A DNA stretch of 64,000 nucleotides, taken from the NCBI GenBank assembly GCA_963798845.1, contig CAWCUS010000002.1:512001-576000 (forward strand), written 5' to 3'. Below the pieces are notes generated by a model. That model made no database searches, was not told where the DNA came from, and saw only the letters and a list, made by a program, of their open reading frames with translations. The position numbers were made by a program, and so were the translations under genes. This DNA comes from an uncultured Gemmatimonadales bacterium (lineage in GTDB: Bacteria; Gemmatimonadota; Gemmatimonadetes; Longimicrobiales; RSA9). Below, in pieces: positions 51,352 through 61,371 of this stretch (within the stretch, counting starts at the first letter, position 1; each line of letters starts with the position of its first letter).

Positions 51352-51714
51352 ATGGACCCCACGACGATTGTCGCGCCAGAGCTTCCCCGTCTTGTCACCG
51401 GGCGCCTCGAGCTGCGCTCCTTCACGCTGGACGACGCCGCGCGGCTGCGGGAGCACGCGGGCGACGCCCGGGTGGCCGGCACCACGCTCCGCATCCCGCA
51501 CCCCTACGAGGAGGGGATGGCGGAGGAGTTCATCCGCGCCATGCCCGCGGCCCGACTCGGAGGCCAGCTGACCTGGGCCGTCGCCCGACCGGAGGAAGGG
51601 CTGCTTCGCCAGCACGTCGTGGCCCGCGGGAAAGTGGAGGACCTGGTGGTGTGCGGCGCGCTGCGGTCGGACTGGACCGGCATGACGGGGACGCGGAACG
51701 GCGGGCCGCCATGA
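51352..51714 (+). pseudogene. RimJ/RimL-type GNAT acetyltransferase with internal deletion
   Basis: N-terminal 'TGRLELRSF...IPHPY' fused directly to C-terminal 'EEGLLRQHV...EDL'; acetyl-CoA-binding core absent. Confidence 0.7.
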
Positions 51715-53429
51715 GAGACACGCCCATGCCGTCGCGCGATCTCATTCGCCGCACGCCGCGCTTCCTGCCGGACCCGCGGGCGGCCATTCTCGGCGCGCTC
51801 GGCGCCCTGCTGGTGGCGGGTCTCGGGGCGGCGAGACCCCGCGTCGCCTCGGCGCAGGCGGCGCGGGTCGTGGACGGGCTGCTGATCCAGGGCGGCGTGG
51901 CGGTGCGCCGCGAGGCGCCGGACGAGGCGGTGGACATCCTGCTGGAGCACGGCGACGACTTCCTGTTGCTGCGCGGCGCGGTCGAACCCGGCGGGTACGA
52001 GACCACGGACACGCTGGACGCGGCGGGGCTGTTCATCCACTCCGCGAACCCGTTCCTCGCCGAGGCACGCCTGGCGCCGTCGCCGAATCCCGTGGACCGG
52101 ACCAGCGCCATGTACGTGCTCCGGACGGGGGCGAGCCCGGCGTCGCCGGCCCGGTGGCTCGTCGGACCGTACGGGTGGCGCCGGGTGGAGGCCGCCGAGA
52201 ACCACCCGGCGGGACCCGTGGACGGGCGAGCGGGGTGCTACGCGCTGACCACGGGAGAGTGGGGCGAGCCGGGCTTCGTCCTGAATCGCACCGGGGCGTG
52301 GTTCCCGGACTCCCTGCGGCTCACCTGGCAGTACCAGTGGCCGTACGGCACGTCGCCGTTCCTGGTGGCGACGGACGGGCGGGGCCGCGTGCGCGGGAAG
52401 CGCATCACCTACTACGGCTGGAAGACCCCGGCTCCCGACTCCCTGGAAGTCATGTTCAGCACCGGATTCCAGATGGCCTGGTTCCTGGGCACGCGGGCCG
52501 CCGACACGGAAAGCGCGGGACGGCGGACCGGGGCGGCGCCGCACCGCGACGGCGGCTCCGCCGACTTCACGGGTGAGCTGGCCTACCTCACCGACGGCGG
52601 CACCGACATCCGGGCGACGGCGCGGCTCACGAGGATCCCTTGCCCCGAGAGCTCGGCGGCCGACCGTTCGCCCCCCGGCCGCGCCAGGAGCGTCGCCGGC
52701 GAGAGGCCGGACGGGGACGCGGAGCAGGCGTCTCCTGCCCCGTCGTCGCCCCGCTGGTCCGTCGAGCTGGAGGGCGGCCCGGTCTGGCAGAGCTACAACG
52801 ACGTCGAGATCCCGAACGACGGCTCCGCCACCCGGTTCTCCCTCTACGACCTCGCCGGCGCGGGCCCGTGGGCGGCGGGCCGCGTGTACGTCACGTGGAA
52901 CTTCGCCGGGCGACACGGCCTGCGACTGCTGCTGGCCCCGCTGACCGTCCGGGCGACGGGGGTGCCGGCGTCGCCGATCTCGTTCGCGGGCGAGGACTAC
53001 GCGGCCGGGATGGCCACGGAGGCGACGTACACGTTCAATTCGTACAGGCTCACGTACCGCTACCGGTTCCACGAAGGCGCGCGGACGCGGGCGTGGATCG
53101 GGTTCACCGCGAAGGTCCGCGACGCCGTGATCTCGCTGGAGCAGGGCGCGACGACGAGCGAGAAGACCGATCTCGGCTTCGTCCCGCTGCTCCACCTGGC
53201 CGGCGACTGGCGCGTCGCCCCGCGCTGGACGGCCGGCGTCGACATCGATGCCCTCGCGGGCGGCCCGGGGCGGGCCGAGGACGCATCGCTGAAGCTGGGC
53301 TACGACCTGGCGGACCGCTGGAGCGTCCGCGTGGGCTATCGCATGGTGGAGGGCGGCGCGGACGTCGAGCCGGTGTACACGTTCGCGTGGCTGCACTACG
53401 CCGTGGCGTCGGTGGTGCTGCGGCTGTAG
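51711..53429 (+). CDS. Hypothetical secreted protein with C-terminal beta-barrel-like domain
   Basis: Signal-like N-terminus; C-terminal alternating aromatic strands. Confidence 0.6.
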   Translation: MRDTPMPSRDLIRRTPRFLPDPRAAILGALGALLVAGLGAARPRVASAQAARVVDGLLIQGGVAVRREAPDEAVDILLEHGDDFLLLRGAVEPGGYETTDTLDAAGLFIHSANPFLAEARLAPSPNPVDRTSAMYVLRTGASPASPARWLVGPYGWRRVEAAENHPAGPVDGRAGCYALTTGEWGEPGFVLNRTGAWFPDSLRLTWQYQWPYGTSPFLVATDGRGRVRGKRITYYGWKTPAPDSLEVMFSTGFQMAWFLGTRAADTESAGRRTGAAPHRDGGSADFTGELAYLTDGGTDIRATARLTRIPCPESSAADRSPPGRARSVAGERPDGDAEQASPAPSSPRWSVELEGGPVWQSYNDVEIPNDGSATRFSLYDLAGAGPWAAGRVYVTWNFAGRHGLRLLLAPLTVRATGVPASPISFAGEDYAAGMATEATYTFNSYRLTYRYRFHEGARTRAWIGFTAKVRDAVISLEQGATTSEKTDLGFVPLLHLAGDWRVAPRWTAGVDIDALAGGPGRAEDASLKLGYDLADRWSVRVGYRMVEGGADVEPVYTFAWLHYAVASVVLRL

Positions 53430-53591
53430 CGGGGGATATCGCGGCGGGCGTCGTGGCAGCCGTGGCGGTGGGGCCGACCACCTCGGGGCCGCACGGTGAA
53501 GGGTGCCGCCTCGGCGGCCGTACGGCGGCCACGGGCGGCCCGGGCCCCACGGGCCGCCGCGGGCCAAACGACCACACCACACGCTGACCTC

Positions 53592-54050
53592 ATGTATCGG
53601 CACACGCAGACCGGAACCTGGCTGGTGGCGGCGATCCTCACCGGGCTGGTCGGCATGGCCGCGGCCCTGGTCGTGGCTCCCCTCGAGGACGCGGGGCGCC
53701 CCGCGCTATGGGCCGCGCTGCCCGGCCTGGTGCTGATGGGGGGCGCCGCCATCGTCTTCCGCTCCCTCACCGTGACCTTGCAGTCGGGCGTGCTCGGCTG
53801 GCGCTTCGGCCCCGGCGTGTTCGGGAGCTCGGTCCACGTCGCCGACATTGACGCAGTCGAGCCCGCGCGCACCTCGCTCATGGCCGGATGGGGCATCCAC
53901 TGGACCCGGCGCGGCTGGCTGTACAACGTGAGCGGCCGCGACGCCGTGCTCGTGCGGATGCGCAACGGCAGGTCCTTCCTGCTGGGCACCGACGAGCCCG
54001 ATCGGCTGGTCCGGGCCATCCGCGACGCCATGGCTGTCGCCAAGCGCTGA
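53592..54050 (+). CDS. Hypothetical membrane protein
   Basis: 'GWGIHW...WLYNVSG...LGTDEPD'; two TM segments. Confidence 0.7.
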   Translation: MYRHTQTGTWLVAAILTGLVGMAAALVVAPLEDAGRPALWAALPGLVLMGGAAIVFRSLTVTLQSGVLGWRFGPGVFGSSVHVADIDAVEPARTSLMAGWGIHWTRRGWLYNVSGRDAVLVRMRNGRSFLLGTDEPDRLVRAIRDAMAVAKR

Positions 54051-54109
54051 GCCCCGCGGATGCCGGCCGCCCCGGCACCCGCGCCGCGCCTTCGCGTTCC
54101 CTGGGCGCC

Positions 54110-54335
54110 GGGTGCCTCCCCGCGCGCAATGACGCTGCTTCGGCGAGGGGTGCCTCCTCGCGCGCAATGACGCTGCTTCGGCGACGGGTGCCTCCTCGCG
54201 CGCATGACGCTGCTTCGGCGAGCGGGTGCCTCCTTGCGCGCAATGACGCTGCTTCGCGGGCGCTGCCTCCTTCAGGGCCCTGACGCTGCTTCGGCCGCGG
54301 GTGCCTCCTTGCGCGCCATAACGCTGCTTCGCGGG
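54110..54335. repeat. Six tandem ~38-bp repeats (gggtgcctcctcgcgcgcaatgacgctgcttcggcga)
   Basis: Units start near 54110, 54148, 54186, 54223, 54261 and 54299; no spacers. Confidence 0.85.
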
Positions 54336-54340
54336 CAGTC

Positions 54341-54575
54341 CCGTCGCCAGGACGTCCGCTGCCGCCATGGCGGTGCCCCGGCTCGGGGTGCCGTCGCCAG
54401 GATGTCCGCTGCCGCCATGGCGGTGCCCCGGCGCGCAACCCACCGTCATTTCGCAAGCCAGCCGCCAGCCGCCAGCCGCCGGCTGCCAGCCGCCAGCCGC
54501 GCCAGACGCCAGCCGGAGGGCCGCCAGCCCGCCCGCCAGCCGGCCAGCCGGCCAGCCGGCCAGCCCGCCAGCTGC
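54341..54575. repeat. Two ~42-bp direct repeats followed by a gccagcc microsatellite-like tract
   Basis: ccgtcgccagga(c/t)gtccgctgccgccatggcggtgccccggc at 54341 and 54391. Confidence 0.7.
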
Positions 54576-54779
54576 GCGCGCAGCCCGCTCGGGCAAAGCG
54601 CCGGTCTCGCGCGTGTGGTCGGGGCGAGTCGGGCGTTTCCCGGCCACTGTGAGGCAGACGCCCGGGGCGACAGGGAAGGCGAGGAGGGCTTGGGGGTTTG
54701 CGGGACGATACGGGCACAACGCCCGCCGGCCCCCGATCGGGCGCGCGGCAACGGGGGTTTGCTGGGCGAGGAGGGGAGC

Positions 54780-55703
54780 ATGGATGCGGACGCGGTCATC
54801 GCGGCGTTGGCGGCGCGACAGCATGGCGTGGTCACCCGGGCCCAGCTCGGAGAGGCGGGAGTGGCGCCGCACCTGGTGGACTGGCGGATGTCCCGTGGGC
54901 GGCTGCGTCGCGTGCACCGGGGCGTCTTCCTGGTTGGGCCGGTCGAGGTGCCGCGGGCGAGGGAGATGGCGGCGGCGCTGGCGTGCGGGCCGGCGGCGGT
55001 GGTGAGCCATCGAAGCGGGGCGTCGCTCTGGGGGCTGATCGATGGAAGGGCCCGGCCCGCGCAGGCGGAAGTGATCGATCCGGTCGGCGACTGCCGTCGT
55101 CCGGGGATCACGGTTCACCACATCCGGACGCTCCGACGCGAGGAGGTGACCCGGCTGGAGGGGATTCGCGTCACCACGCCGGAGCGGACGCTGTACGATC
55201 TCGCCGGCGTCGCGAGCGCGCGGGAGCTCGAGCGTTGGGTGGCGGAGGCACTGGCGCGGGGGCTGACGCGTGAGCGCCGTATCCAGCGTCTGCTGGAGCG
55301 GCACCCGCGCGGCCCCGGTTCACGACTCCTGCGCGACCTGCTGGACGAAGGCGCGCCGGCCCGGACCCGCTCGGAGGCGGAAGAGCGGTTCCTGGCGCTG
55401 GTTCGAACGGCGGGCCTGCCACGGCCGGAGGTCAACGTCCGCGTGGCCGGCCTCGAGGTCGACGTCCACGCGGCCGGCCTGGAGGTGGACTTCCTCTGGC
55501 GGGCGGCGCGGCTGGTGGTGGAGGTGGACGGACGCGCCTATCACGGCCGCGGTCGAGCGTTCGAGCGCGACCGCCTTCGCGACGCGACGCTCGCCGCGGT
55601 CGGCCTGCGCGTGGTTCGGGTGACGTGGGGGCAGCTGACGAGGGAGCCGCTGGCGGTGGTCGCCCGGGTCGCCGGAGCGCTCGCCGCCGGACGGACCGGC
55701 TGA
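54780..55703 (+). CDS. AbiEi-like HTH plus DUF559 (Vsr-like endonuclease) protein
   Basis: 'RQHGVVTRAQL', 'VTTPERTLYDLA', 'EVDFLW...VVEVDG..YH...DRLRD'. Confidence 0.85.
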   Translation: MDADAVIAALAARQHGVVTRAQLGEAGVAPHLVDWRMSRGRLRRVHRGVFLVGPVEVPRAREMAAALACGPAAVVSHRSGASLWGLIDGRARPAQAEVIDPVGDCRRPGITVHHIRTLRREEVTRLEGIRVTTPERTLYDLAGVASARELERWVAEALARGLTRERRIQRLLERHPRGPGSRLLRDLLDEGAPARTRSEAEERFLALVRTAGLPRPEVNVRVAGLEVDVHAAGLEVDFLWRAARLVVEVDGRAYHGRGRAFERDRLRDATLAAVGLRVVRVTWGQLTREPLAVVARVAGALAAGRTG

Positions 55704-55778
55704 GCACGAGCGGCTGTAGCCCGGACTCCCGGCTGAGCGCACAGCGCCCGGGCGGCGCTTGCCCCCTGGCCGGGGGGG

Positions 55779-55827
55779 CGGCCCGCGAGGATCACCTTCC
55801 CGCCCCCGCCGCCTGCGGCCAATTTGC
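55779..55827 (+). promoter_or_regulatory. 49-bp element duplicated at 58510-58558; putative promoter
   Basis: One mismatch between copies; contains TT(G/C)CCG-17 bp-CAATTT. Confidence 0.55.
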
Positions 55828-55892
55828 CGGCCGACAGCCCCCTCGGACGTATGCGTGGCGGGCGTCGCCGCGGCGCCCTACCTTCCGCGCCC

Positions 55893-56669
55893 ATGTCGTC
55901 GGAGATCCTGGTGTACCTGCGACTCGGTCTCGAGCACATCCTCGACCCGCGCGGCTACGACCATATCCTCTTCCTGGTGGCGCTGACCGCCGTGTACGCG
56001 CCGCGGGAGTGGCTGCGGGTGGTGGTTCTGGTGACCGCGTTCACGGTGGGGCACACGATCACGCTCGTCCTGGCGACGCTGGACCTGGTCCGCGTCCCGT
56101 CCGACCTGGTCGAGCTCCTCATCGCCCTCACCATCCTCTCAACCGCCCTCCTCAACGCCGCGGAGCTGCGCTGGACGGCCACGCACCGCGTGCGAAGCGA
56201 CGGCCGCGCCCGCGACGGCCGCGCCCGCAGGCCTGCGCGTGGGTCCGACCGGCTGCGAGCCGTCGAGCGGCGGCGAGCTTTCGCGGCCGGTGGAGCGGGC
56301 GGATCCGGGGCCGCCGCCGTGGCCACCGCCGTGGCCGCCGCCGGGGCCGCCACGGCGGACACCCTGGAGCCGCCCGGGGCACGATCAGCCAAGTACGCCC
56401 TCGCCCTCTGCTTCGGGCTGATCCACGGGCTGGGCTTTTCCACCTTCCTGCGCGCCGCGCTGGGCGCGGAAGTGCGCATCGTCCTGCCGCTGCTGTCTTT
56501 CAACGTGGGGCTGGAGCTGGGGCAGATCGCCATCGTGGCGTCGATCATGGCGCTCGCCGGGCTGGCCACGGGCAGCCTGAGGGTCCCCCGCCGCGGCTGG
56601 ACGCTGCTGCTGTCCGGCGCGGCGGGCGTGGTCGCGCTCGGCCTCGTGATCGAGCGGCTGCCGGGGTAG
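55893..56669 (+). CDS. HupE/UreJ family membrane protein
   Basis: 'LGLEHIL...GYDHILFL', 'TAFTVGHTITL', 'FGLIHGLGF', 'FNVGLELGQ'. Confidence 0.9.
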   Translation: MSSEILVYLRLGLEHILDPRGYDHILFLVALTAVYAPREWLRVVVLVTAFTVGHTITLVLATLDLVRVPSDLVELLIALTILSTALLNAAELRWTATHRVRSDGRARDGRARRPARGSDRLRAVERRRAFAAGGAGGSGAAAVATAVAAAGAATADTLEPPGARSAKYALALCFGLIHGLGFSTFLRAALGAEVRIVLPLLSFNVGLELGQIAIVASIMALAGLATGSLRVPRRGWTLLLSGAAGVVALGLVIERLPG

Positions 56670-56791
56670 GGACGCCGCTCCGCTCGCCGCTCCGCTCGCC
56701 GCCGCTCGCCCCGCCGCTCGCCGCTCCGCCGCTCCGCCGCTCCGCCGCTCCGCCGCTCCGCCTCGCCGCTCGCCGCCCGCCGCCCCGCCGC
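56670..56791. repeat. Low-complexity (ccgct/cgccgct)n tract between convergent genes
   Basis: Directly visible. Confidence 0.7.
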
Positions 56792-58354
56792 TCAGGCCAC
56801 CACGATCCCGGCCACCAGGTACAGCACGGCCGCTGCTGCTGCCGCCGCCAGCCCCAGCGGCAGCTGGCTGAGTGTGTGGTCCATGAGGTCGGCGCCGGTG
56901 GAGAGGGAGGCGAGGATGGTGCTGTCGCTCAGGGGCGAGCAGTGGTCGCCGAACACGGCGCCGCCCACCACGGCACCGAAGCACAGCGACAGGAACGTGG
57001 GGTCCGGGTGGACGGCCCAGGCCAGCGGCATGGCCAGGGGGAACACCACGGCGAAGGTGCTGAACGAGCTGCCGATGGCGAACGAGGCGGCCATGCACAC
57101 GACGAACAGGGCCGCGGGGAGGATGGCGCCCGGCAGGGCGGTGGCGGTGGTCTCCACCAGGTAGGCGGCGGCGCCGACGGAGCGGGAGACCTCCCCGAGC
57201 GTCACGGCCAGCCCGAGCACCACGGCGCCGATGGTCACGCCCTTGATCCCATCGATGACGCCGTCCACGGCGTGGGTGAGGCGCATGCCGCGCAGAAGCG
57301 CCAGCAGGAACGCCACGGCTACGGCCAGCAGGAACGCTTCGGCGATGGGCACCCGGATCGAGCCCAGGTCGCCGCGCACCAGCGGCGGCACCACGCCGGA
57401 GGCCGCGACGGCGAGGAGCGCGCCCAGGGGGAGGAGGAAGTCCACGATCGACGGCCGGTAGCCGTCGGGAACGCGCCCACCCTCGAGCTCGGCGGACGAC
57501 AGCGGCGAGGCGCCGGGGCGGTCCAGCCCGCCGCCGGCGCGGGAGCGCTCGCGGGCCGCGCGCAGACGCCGCCCCTCCCACGGCAGCACCTCGAGGGCGA
57601 AAAGGAGCGCCGCGGCCACGACCAGGAGGGCGTAGAAGTTGGCGGGAATCGAGCGGAAGAAGAAGGAGACGGCCTGGCCCTGCGTCGCCAGGAGCGGCGT
57701 GGTCCCGGCCACCAGCCCGGCCACGTAGAGCGGCCACGCGTTCAGCGGGACCAGCGACGCAACGGGCGACCCCGTGGTGTCGGCCAGGAACGACGCCTCC
57801 TCGTGCGACACGGCCGCCCCTTCCAGCACCGGCCGCGCCGTGGTCCCCGTGAGCACCGCCGAGATGGTCCCGCCCTGGTGGATCACGAGCCCCAACGCCC
57901 ACGTGAACAGCTTGGCCGAGCGCGGCCCCCGCACCAGGCGACGACCGGCCCACGCCGCGAACCGCGCCGCACCGCCCGTCCGGCCCCAGAGCCCGATGAG
58001 CCCGCCCAGCCCCCAGAAGTAGACCAGGATGATGACCGCGAACGACTCCGTCGCCAGCGCCGGGACGAAGAACGCGGCGACGACGTTGGCGCGCCCGACC
58101 ACCACGCCGCCCACCACGATGCCGAACGCCAGCGCGCTCACCACCTCCCGCGTGGCGAACGCCAGCGCCAGCGCCGAGAGGGCGGGGACGAGCGACGCCC
58201 AGCCGTAGTGGGCCGCGGTGCCGACGGGGCCCGTGCCGCCGGCGCCGGCCCACGTGCCCGCGCGGACCGCCTCGCCCGCGCCGCCGCCCAGCGAGGCCGC
58301 CACCACCGCACCCGCCACGATGACGGCGGCTGCAGCCGCTCGTCGCCTGCCCAT
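56792..58354 (-). CDS. Na+/H+ antiporter NhaC family protein
   Basis: 'LADTTGSPVASLVP', 'GAVFGDHCSPLSDSTILAS...DHTLSQLP'. Confidence 0.9.
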   Translation of the reverse strand: MGRRRAAAAAVIVAGAVVAASLGGGAGEAVRAGTWAGAGGTGPVGTAAHYGWASLVPALSALALAFATREVVSALAFGIVVGGVVVGRANVVAAFFVPALATESFAVIILVYFWGLGGLIGLWGRTGGAARFAAWAGRRLVRGPRSAKLFTWALGLVIHQGGTISAVLTGTTARPVLEGAAVSHEEASFLADTTGSPVASLVPLNAWPLYVAGLVAGTTPLLATQGQAVSFFFRSIPANFYALLVVAAALLFALEVLPWEGRRLRAARERSRAGGGLDRPGASPLSSAELEGGRVPDGYRPSIVDFLLPLGALLAVAASGVVPPLVRGDLGSIRVPIAEAFLLAVAVAFLLALLRGMRLTHAVDGVIDGIKGVTIGAVVLGLAVTLGEVSRSVGAAAYLVETTATALPGAILPAALFVVCMAASFAIGSSFSTFAVVFPLAMPLAWAVHPDPTFLSLCFGAVVGGAVFGDHCSPLSDSTILASLSTGADLMDHTLSQLPLGLAAAAAAAVLYLVAGIVVA

Positions 58355-58509
58355 GCGCTCCGTCACGTCGGTCCACTCCCCGTGTGCGGTTTGGCCGGCC
58401 CGCAGGCAATTCCGGTTGCCGCCCCCGGACAGCGCAACCCCGGCGCACCGCGGCGCCGCTCCGTCCGTGCCCGCGTCCATCGGGGCCGGCCTGGCAGCGC
58501 TCCACGAGC

Positions 58510-58558
58510 CGGCCCGCGAGGATCACCTTGCCGCCCCCGCCGCCTGCGGCCAATTTGC
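58510..58558 (+). promoter_or_regulatory. Second copy of the 49-bp element, upstream of the M1 peptidase operon
   Basis: TTGCCG-17 bp-CAATTT, about 50 bp before the ATG. Confidence 0.55.
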
Positions 58559-58608
58559 GCAATCCGTTTCGGCGAACAGCCCCGCCAGACAAACCCAGGA
58601 ACAAACCC

Positions 58609-60747
58609 ATGCGCATTTCGCCGTCGCCGGCGCTCCGCCGTATCGCTTTCCGCCTTGCCATGTGCGCGCTGGCCGCGCCAGCGCTCATGCCCGCCCCCGC
58701 TGCCGCGCAGCACTGGCTGCACGACGACGGGAGCAAGACGAACAGGTCCATGTTCCGTCCGGTCGAGCAGTGGCCGGACCCGAACGAGTACCGCAACGCC
58801 GCGGGCGCGCCCGGGCACGCCTACTGGCAGCAGAAGGCGGACTACGTCATCGAGGCGACGCTGGACACGGCGAAGCACGCGCTCACGGGAACGGAGCGGA
58901 TCACCTACCACAACAACTCGCCGGACGCGCTGCCCTTCCTCTGGCTCCAGCTCGATCAGAACGTGCGCTCGATCGAGCACAGCCGGACGTACCCGATGCA
59001 GGGCGCGCTGCCCGAGCGGGTGAGCGAAGGCTTCCGCCGCTACGTGGGGCTGAGCCAGTTCGACGGCGGGGACCGGATCGAGCGGGTGCAGGTCGTCGCC
59101 GGCAGCGGCCGGCTGGTGGATGCGCCGCACCGGATCAACAACACGATCATGCGCGTGGACCTGCCTGAGCCGCTGGAGCCGGGCGGCCAGGTGCAGCTCG
59201 AGATCGACTGGAGCTACGCCATCCCGGACCGCGGACGGGGCGGGAAGGAGCTGGTGAGCGACGGGTGGATCTACGAGATGTCGCAGTGGTTCCCCCGCAT
59301 GTCCGTCTACGACGACGTGAACGGCTGGCAGACCGACCAGTTCCTCGGCCGCGGCGAGTTCTACCTCAACTTCGGCGACTACGACGTCACCCTCACCGTC
59401 CCGTGGAACCACATCGTCGACGGCACCGGCCTGCTCCAGAACCCGGAGCAGGTGCTGACCGCCACGCAGCGCCAGCGGCTCGAGCGCGCGTACACGAGCG
59501 AGACGCCCGTTTTCATCCGCACCGCCGACGAAGTCGACGACCCGTCCAGCCGCCCCGTGCAGAAGGGGATGCTGACGTGGCACTTCAAGGCGCAGAACGT
59601 CCGCGACTTCGCCTGGGTGAGCTCGAAGACGTACGTGTGGGACGCGGCCGGCTTCCGCTACGCCGACGACGCCGGCCGCCTCATCCGCGTCCACTCCCTC
59701 TACCCGCGCGACGCCATGCCGCTGTGGGACAAGGTGAGCACGCGGGCCACGCTCCAGACGCTCAAGACCTACGGCCGCATGGCGTTCGAGTTCCCCTACC
59801 CGAAGGCGGTGAACGCCAACGGCCCCGCAGGCGGGATGGAGTACCCCATGATCGCGTTCTGCGGCGCCCGGCCCCAGCCGGACGGGACCTACTCGGACCG
59901 CACCGAGCAGGCGCTGATCAGCGTCACGGTGCACGAGGTGGGGCACAACTGGTTCCCCATGATCGTGGCCAGCGACGAGCGGAAGTGGACGTGGATGGAC
60001 GAGGGGCTGAACACGTTCCTCCAGTACTATGGTGAGCAGGATTACGCGAAGACGTACTGCGGAAAGGAGTGGACGCAGAACGATAGCTGCACGTTCCCGG
60101 GCGAGCGCGGGCCGGCGCCGGCGATCGTCGGCTACATGCGGGACCCGGACCAGGAGCCGATCATGACGGAGTCCGACCTGATCGCCAAGGACTTCGGCAA
60201 CAACGGCTACGCCAAGCCGGCCACGGGGCTGCACATGCTCCGCGAGACGATCCTGGGGCAGCAGGCGTTCGACCAGGCGTTCAGCGGGTACGCGAAGGCG
60301 TGGGAGTTCAAGCACCCGCAGCCGGCCGACTTCTTCCGCTCCATGGACGAGGGCGCGGGCGAGAACATGGCGTGGTTCTGGCGCGGCTGGTTCTACACCA
60401 CGCACGCCAACGACCAGGCCATCAAGGGGGTGAGCGCCCAGGACGCGAAGGAGCTCCTTGGCGGCGACGCGGCCGCTGGCCACTACTACCGCATCACCGT
60501 CGAGAACAAGGGCGGGCTGATCATGCCGCTCCAGATCCAGGCCAGCTTCACCGACGGCAGCACGCAGCGCTTCGACCTGCCGGTGGACGTCTGGCGCGGG
60601 AACGAGCTGGAGTTCACCGAGGGGTTCTTCTCCGACAAGGACCTGGTGAGCGTGGTGCTCGACCCCGACGAGGCGTTCGCGGACGTGGACCGGGACAACA
60701 ACACGTGGACCGCCAAGGCCGTGGAGGGGAATGCGGGGCGGCGGTAG
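58609..60747 (+). CDS. M1 family zinc metallopeptidase, secreted
   Basis: 'GGMEYP', 'HEVGHNWF...WMDEG'. Confidence 0.93.
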   Translation: MRISPSPALRRIAFRLAMCALAAPALMPAPAAAQHWLHDDGSKTNRSMFRPVEQWPDPNEYRNAAGAPGHAYWQQKADYVIEATLDTAKHALTGTERITYHNNSPDALPFLWLQLDQNVRSIEHSRTYPMQGALPERVSEGFRRYVGLSQFDGGDRIERVQVVAGSGRLVDAPHRINNTIMRVDLPEPLEPGGQVQLEIDWSYAIPDRGRGGKELVSDGWIYEMSQWFPRMSVYDDVNGWQTDQFLGRGEFYLNFGDYDVTLTVPWNHIVDGTGLLQNPEQVLTATQRQRLERAYTSETPVFIRTADEVDDPSSRPVQKGMLTWHFKAQNVRDFAWVSSKTYVWDAAGFRYADDAGRLIRVHSLYPRDAMPLWDKVSTRATLQTLKTYGRMAFEFPYPKAVNANGPAGGMEYPMIAFCGARPQPDGTYSDRTEQALISVTVHEVGHNWFPMIVASDERKWTWMDEGLNTFLQYYGEQDYAKTYCGKEWTQNDSCTFPGERGPAPAIVGYMRDPDQEPIMTESDLIAKDFGNNGYAKPATGLHMLRETILGQQAFDQAFSGYAKAWEFKHPQPADFFRSMDEGAGENMAWFWRGWFYTTHANDQAIKGVSAQDAKELLGGDAAAGHYYRITVENKGGLIMPLQIQASFTDGSTQRFDLPVDVWRGNELEFTEGFFSDKDLVSVVLDPDEAFADVDRDNNTWTAKAVEGNAGRR

Positions 60748-60772
60748 GCGGGGCAGCTCGAGGGCCGGAGCA

Positions 60773-61363
60773 ATGCTCCGCTTCGTGCTCGGCGTCGTTT
60801 TCTTGCTCGGCTCACCGGTTCTGGCGTCGGGGGGCCGGCCCGCGGCCGCGCCGGGAGCGGTCTCGGGCGGCGAGGACATGGCCGTGCCGTCCGGGTACGC
60901 GCACGACCTCCACATCGCCTACGGCGACATGGCCATCGAGGGCGACGTCGTCGCCGGCCGCATCCGCATGTTCACGAACGACCTGGAGAAGGCGCTCGGT
61001 CCGCTGGTGAACGCGGACGCCATGACGCTGGACGCCGGGCCCGAAGCGGACGCGCTGGTCCTGCGCTATATCCGGGAGCACCTCGTGATCGAGGTGCCCG
61101 GTGCGACGGCGGATGCGCCGGCGGTCACACTCGATCCGAAACTGCTGGAGAGCGGCGAGGACGAGCTCGACCGGGAACCCGTCTGGTGGGTCATCGTGGA
61201 GTACCGGGCGCCGCGGGATGTGGGCGAGATCCACGTCCGCAACACACTGCTGTTCGAGCTGTTCAAGGACCAGCGGAACATCATGAAGTTCGTGCGCTTC
61301 CCCGAGCAGAAGCAGAAGACGTTCTACTTCGCCCGCGGCGAGGAGCACGCGGTGGTGAAGTAG
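60773..61363 (+). CDS. Hypothetical secreted protein (DUF6702-like)
   Basis: 'HDLHIA...RIRMFTNDLE...NTLLFELFKDQRNI'; follows the M1 peptidase. Confidence 0.7.
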   Translation: MLRFVLGVVFLLGSPVLASGGRPAAAPGAVSGGEDMAVPSGYAHDLHIAYGDMAIEGDVVAGRIRMFTNDLEKALGPLVNADAMTLDAGPEADALVLRYIREHLVIEVPGATADAPAVTLDPKLLESGEDELDREPVWWVIVEYRAPRDVGEIHVRNTLLFELFKDQRNIMKFVRFPEQKQKTFYFARGEEHAVVK

Positions 61364-61371
61364 GGGAGCGA

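Noticed and set aside
54110..54335. ~38-bp repeats as a CRISPR array
   Set aside because: Units are head-to-tail with no unique spacers.
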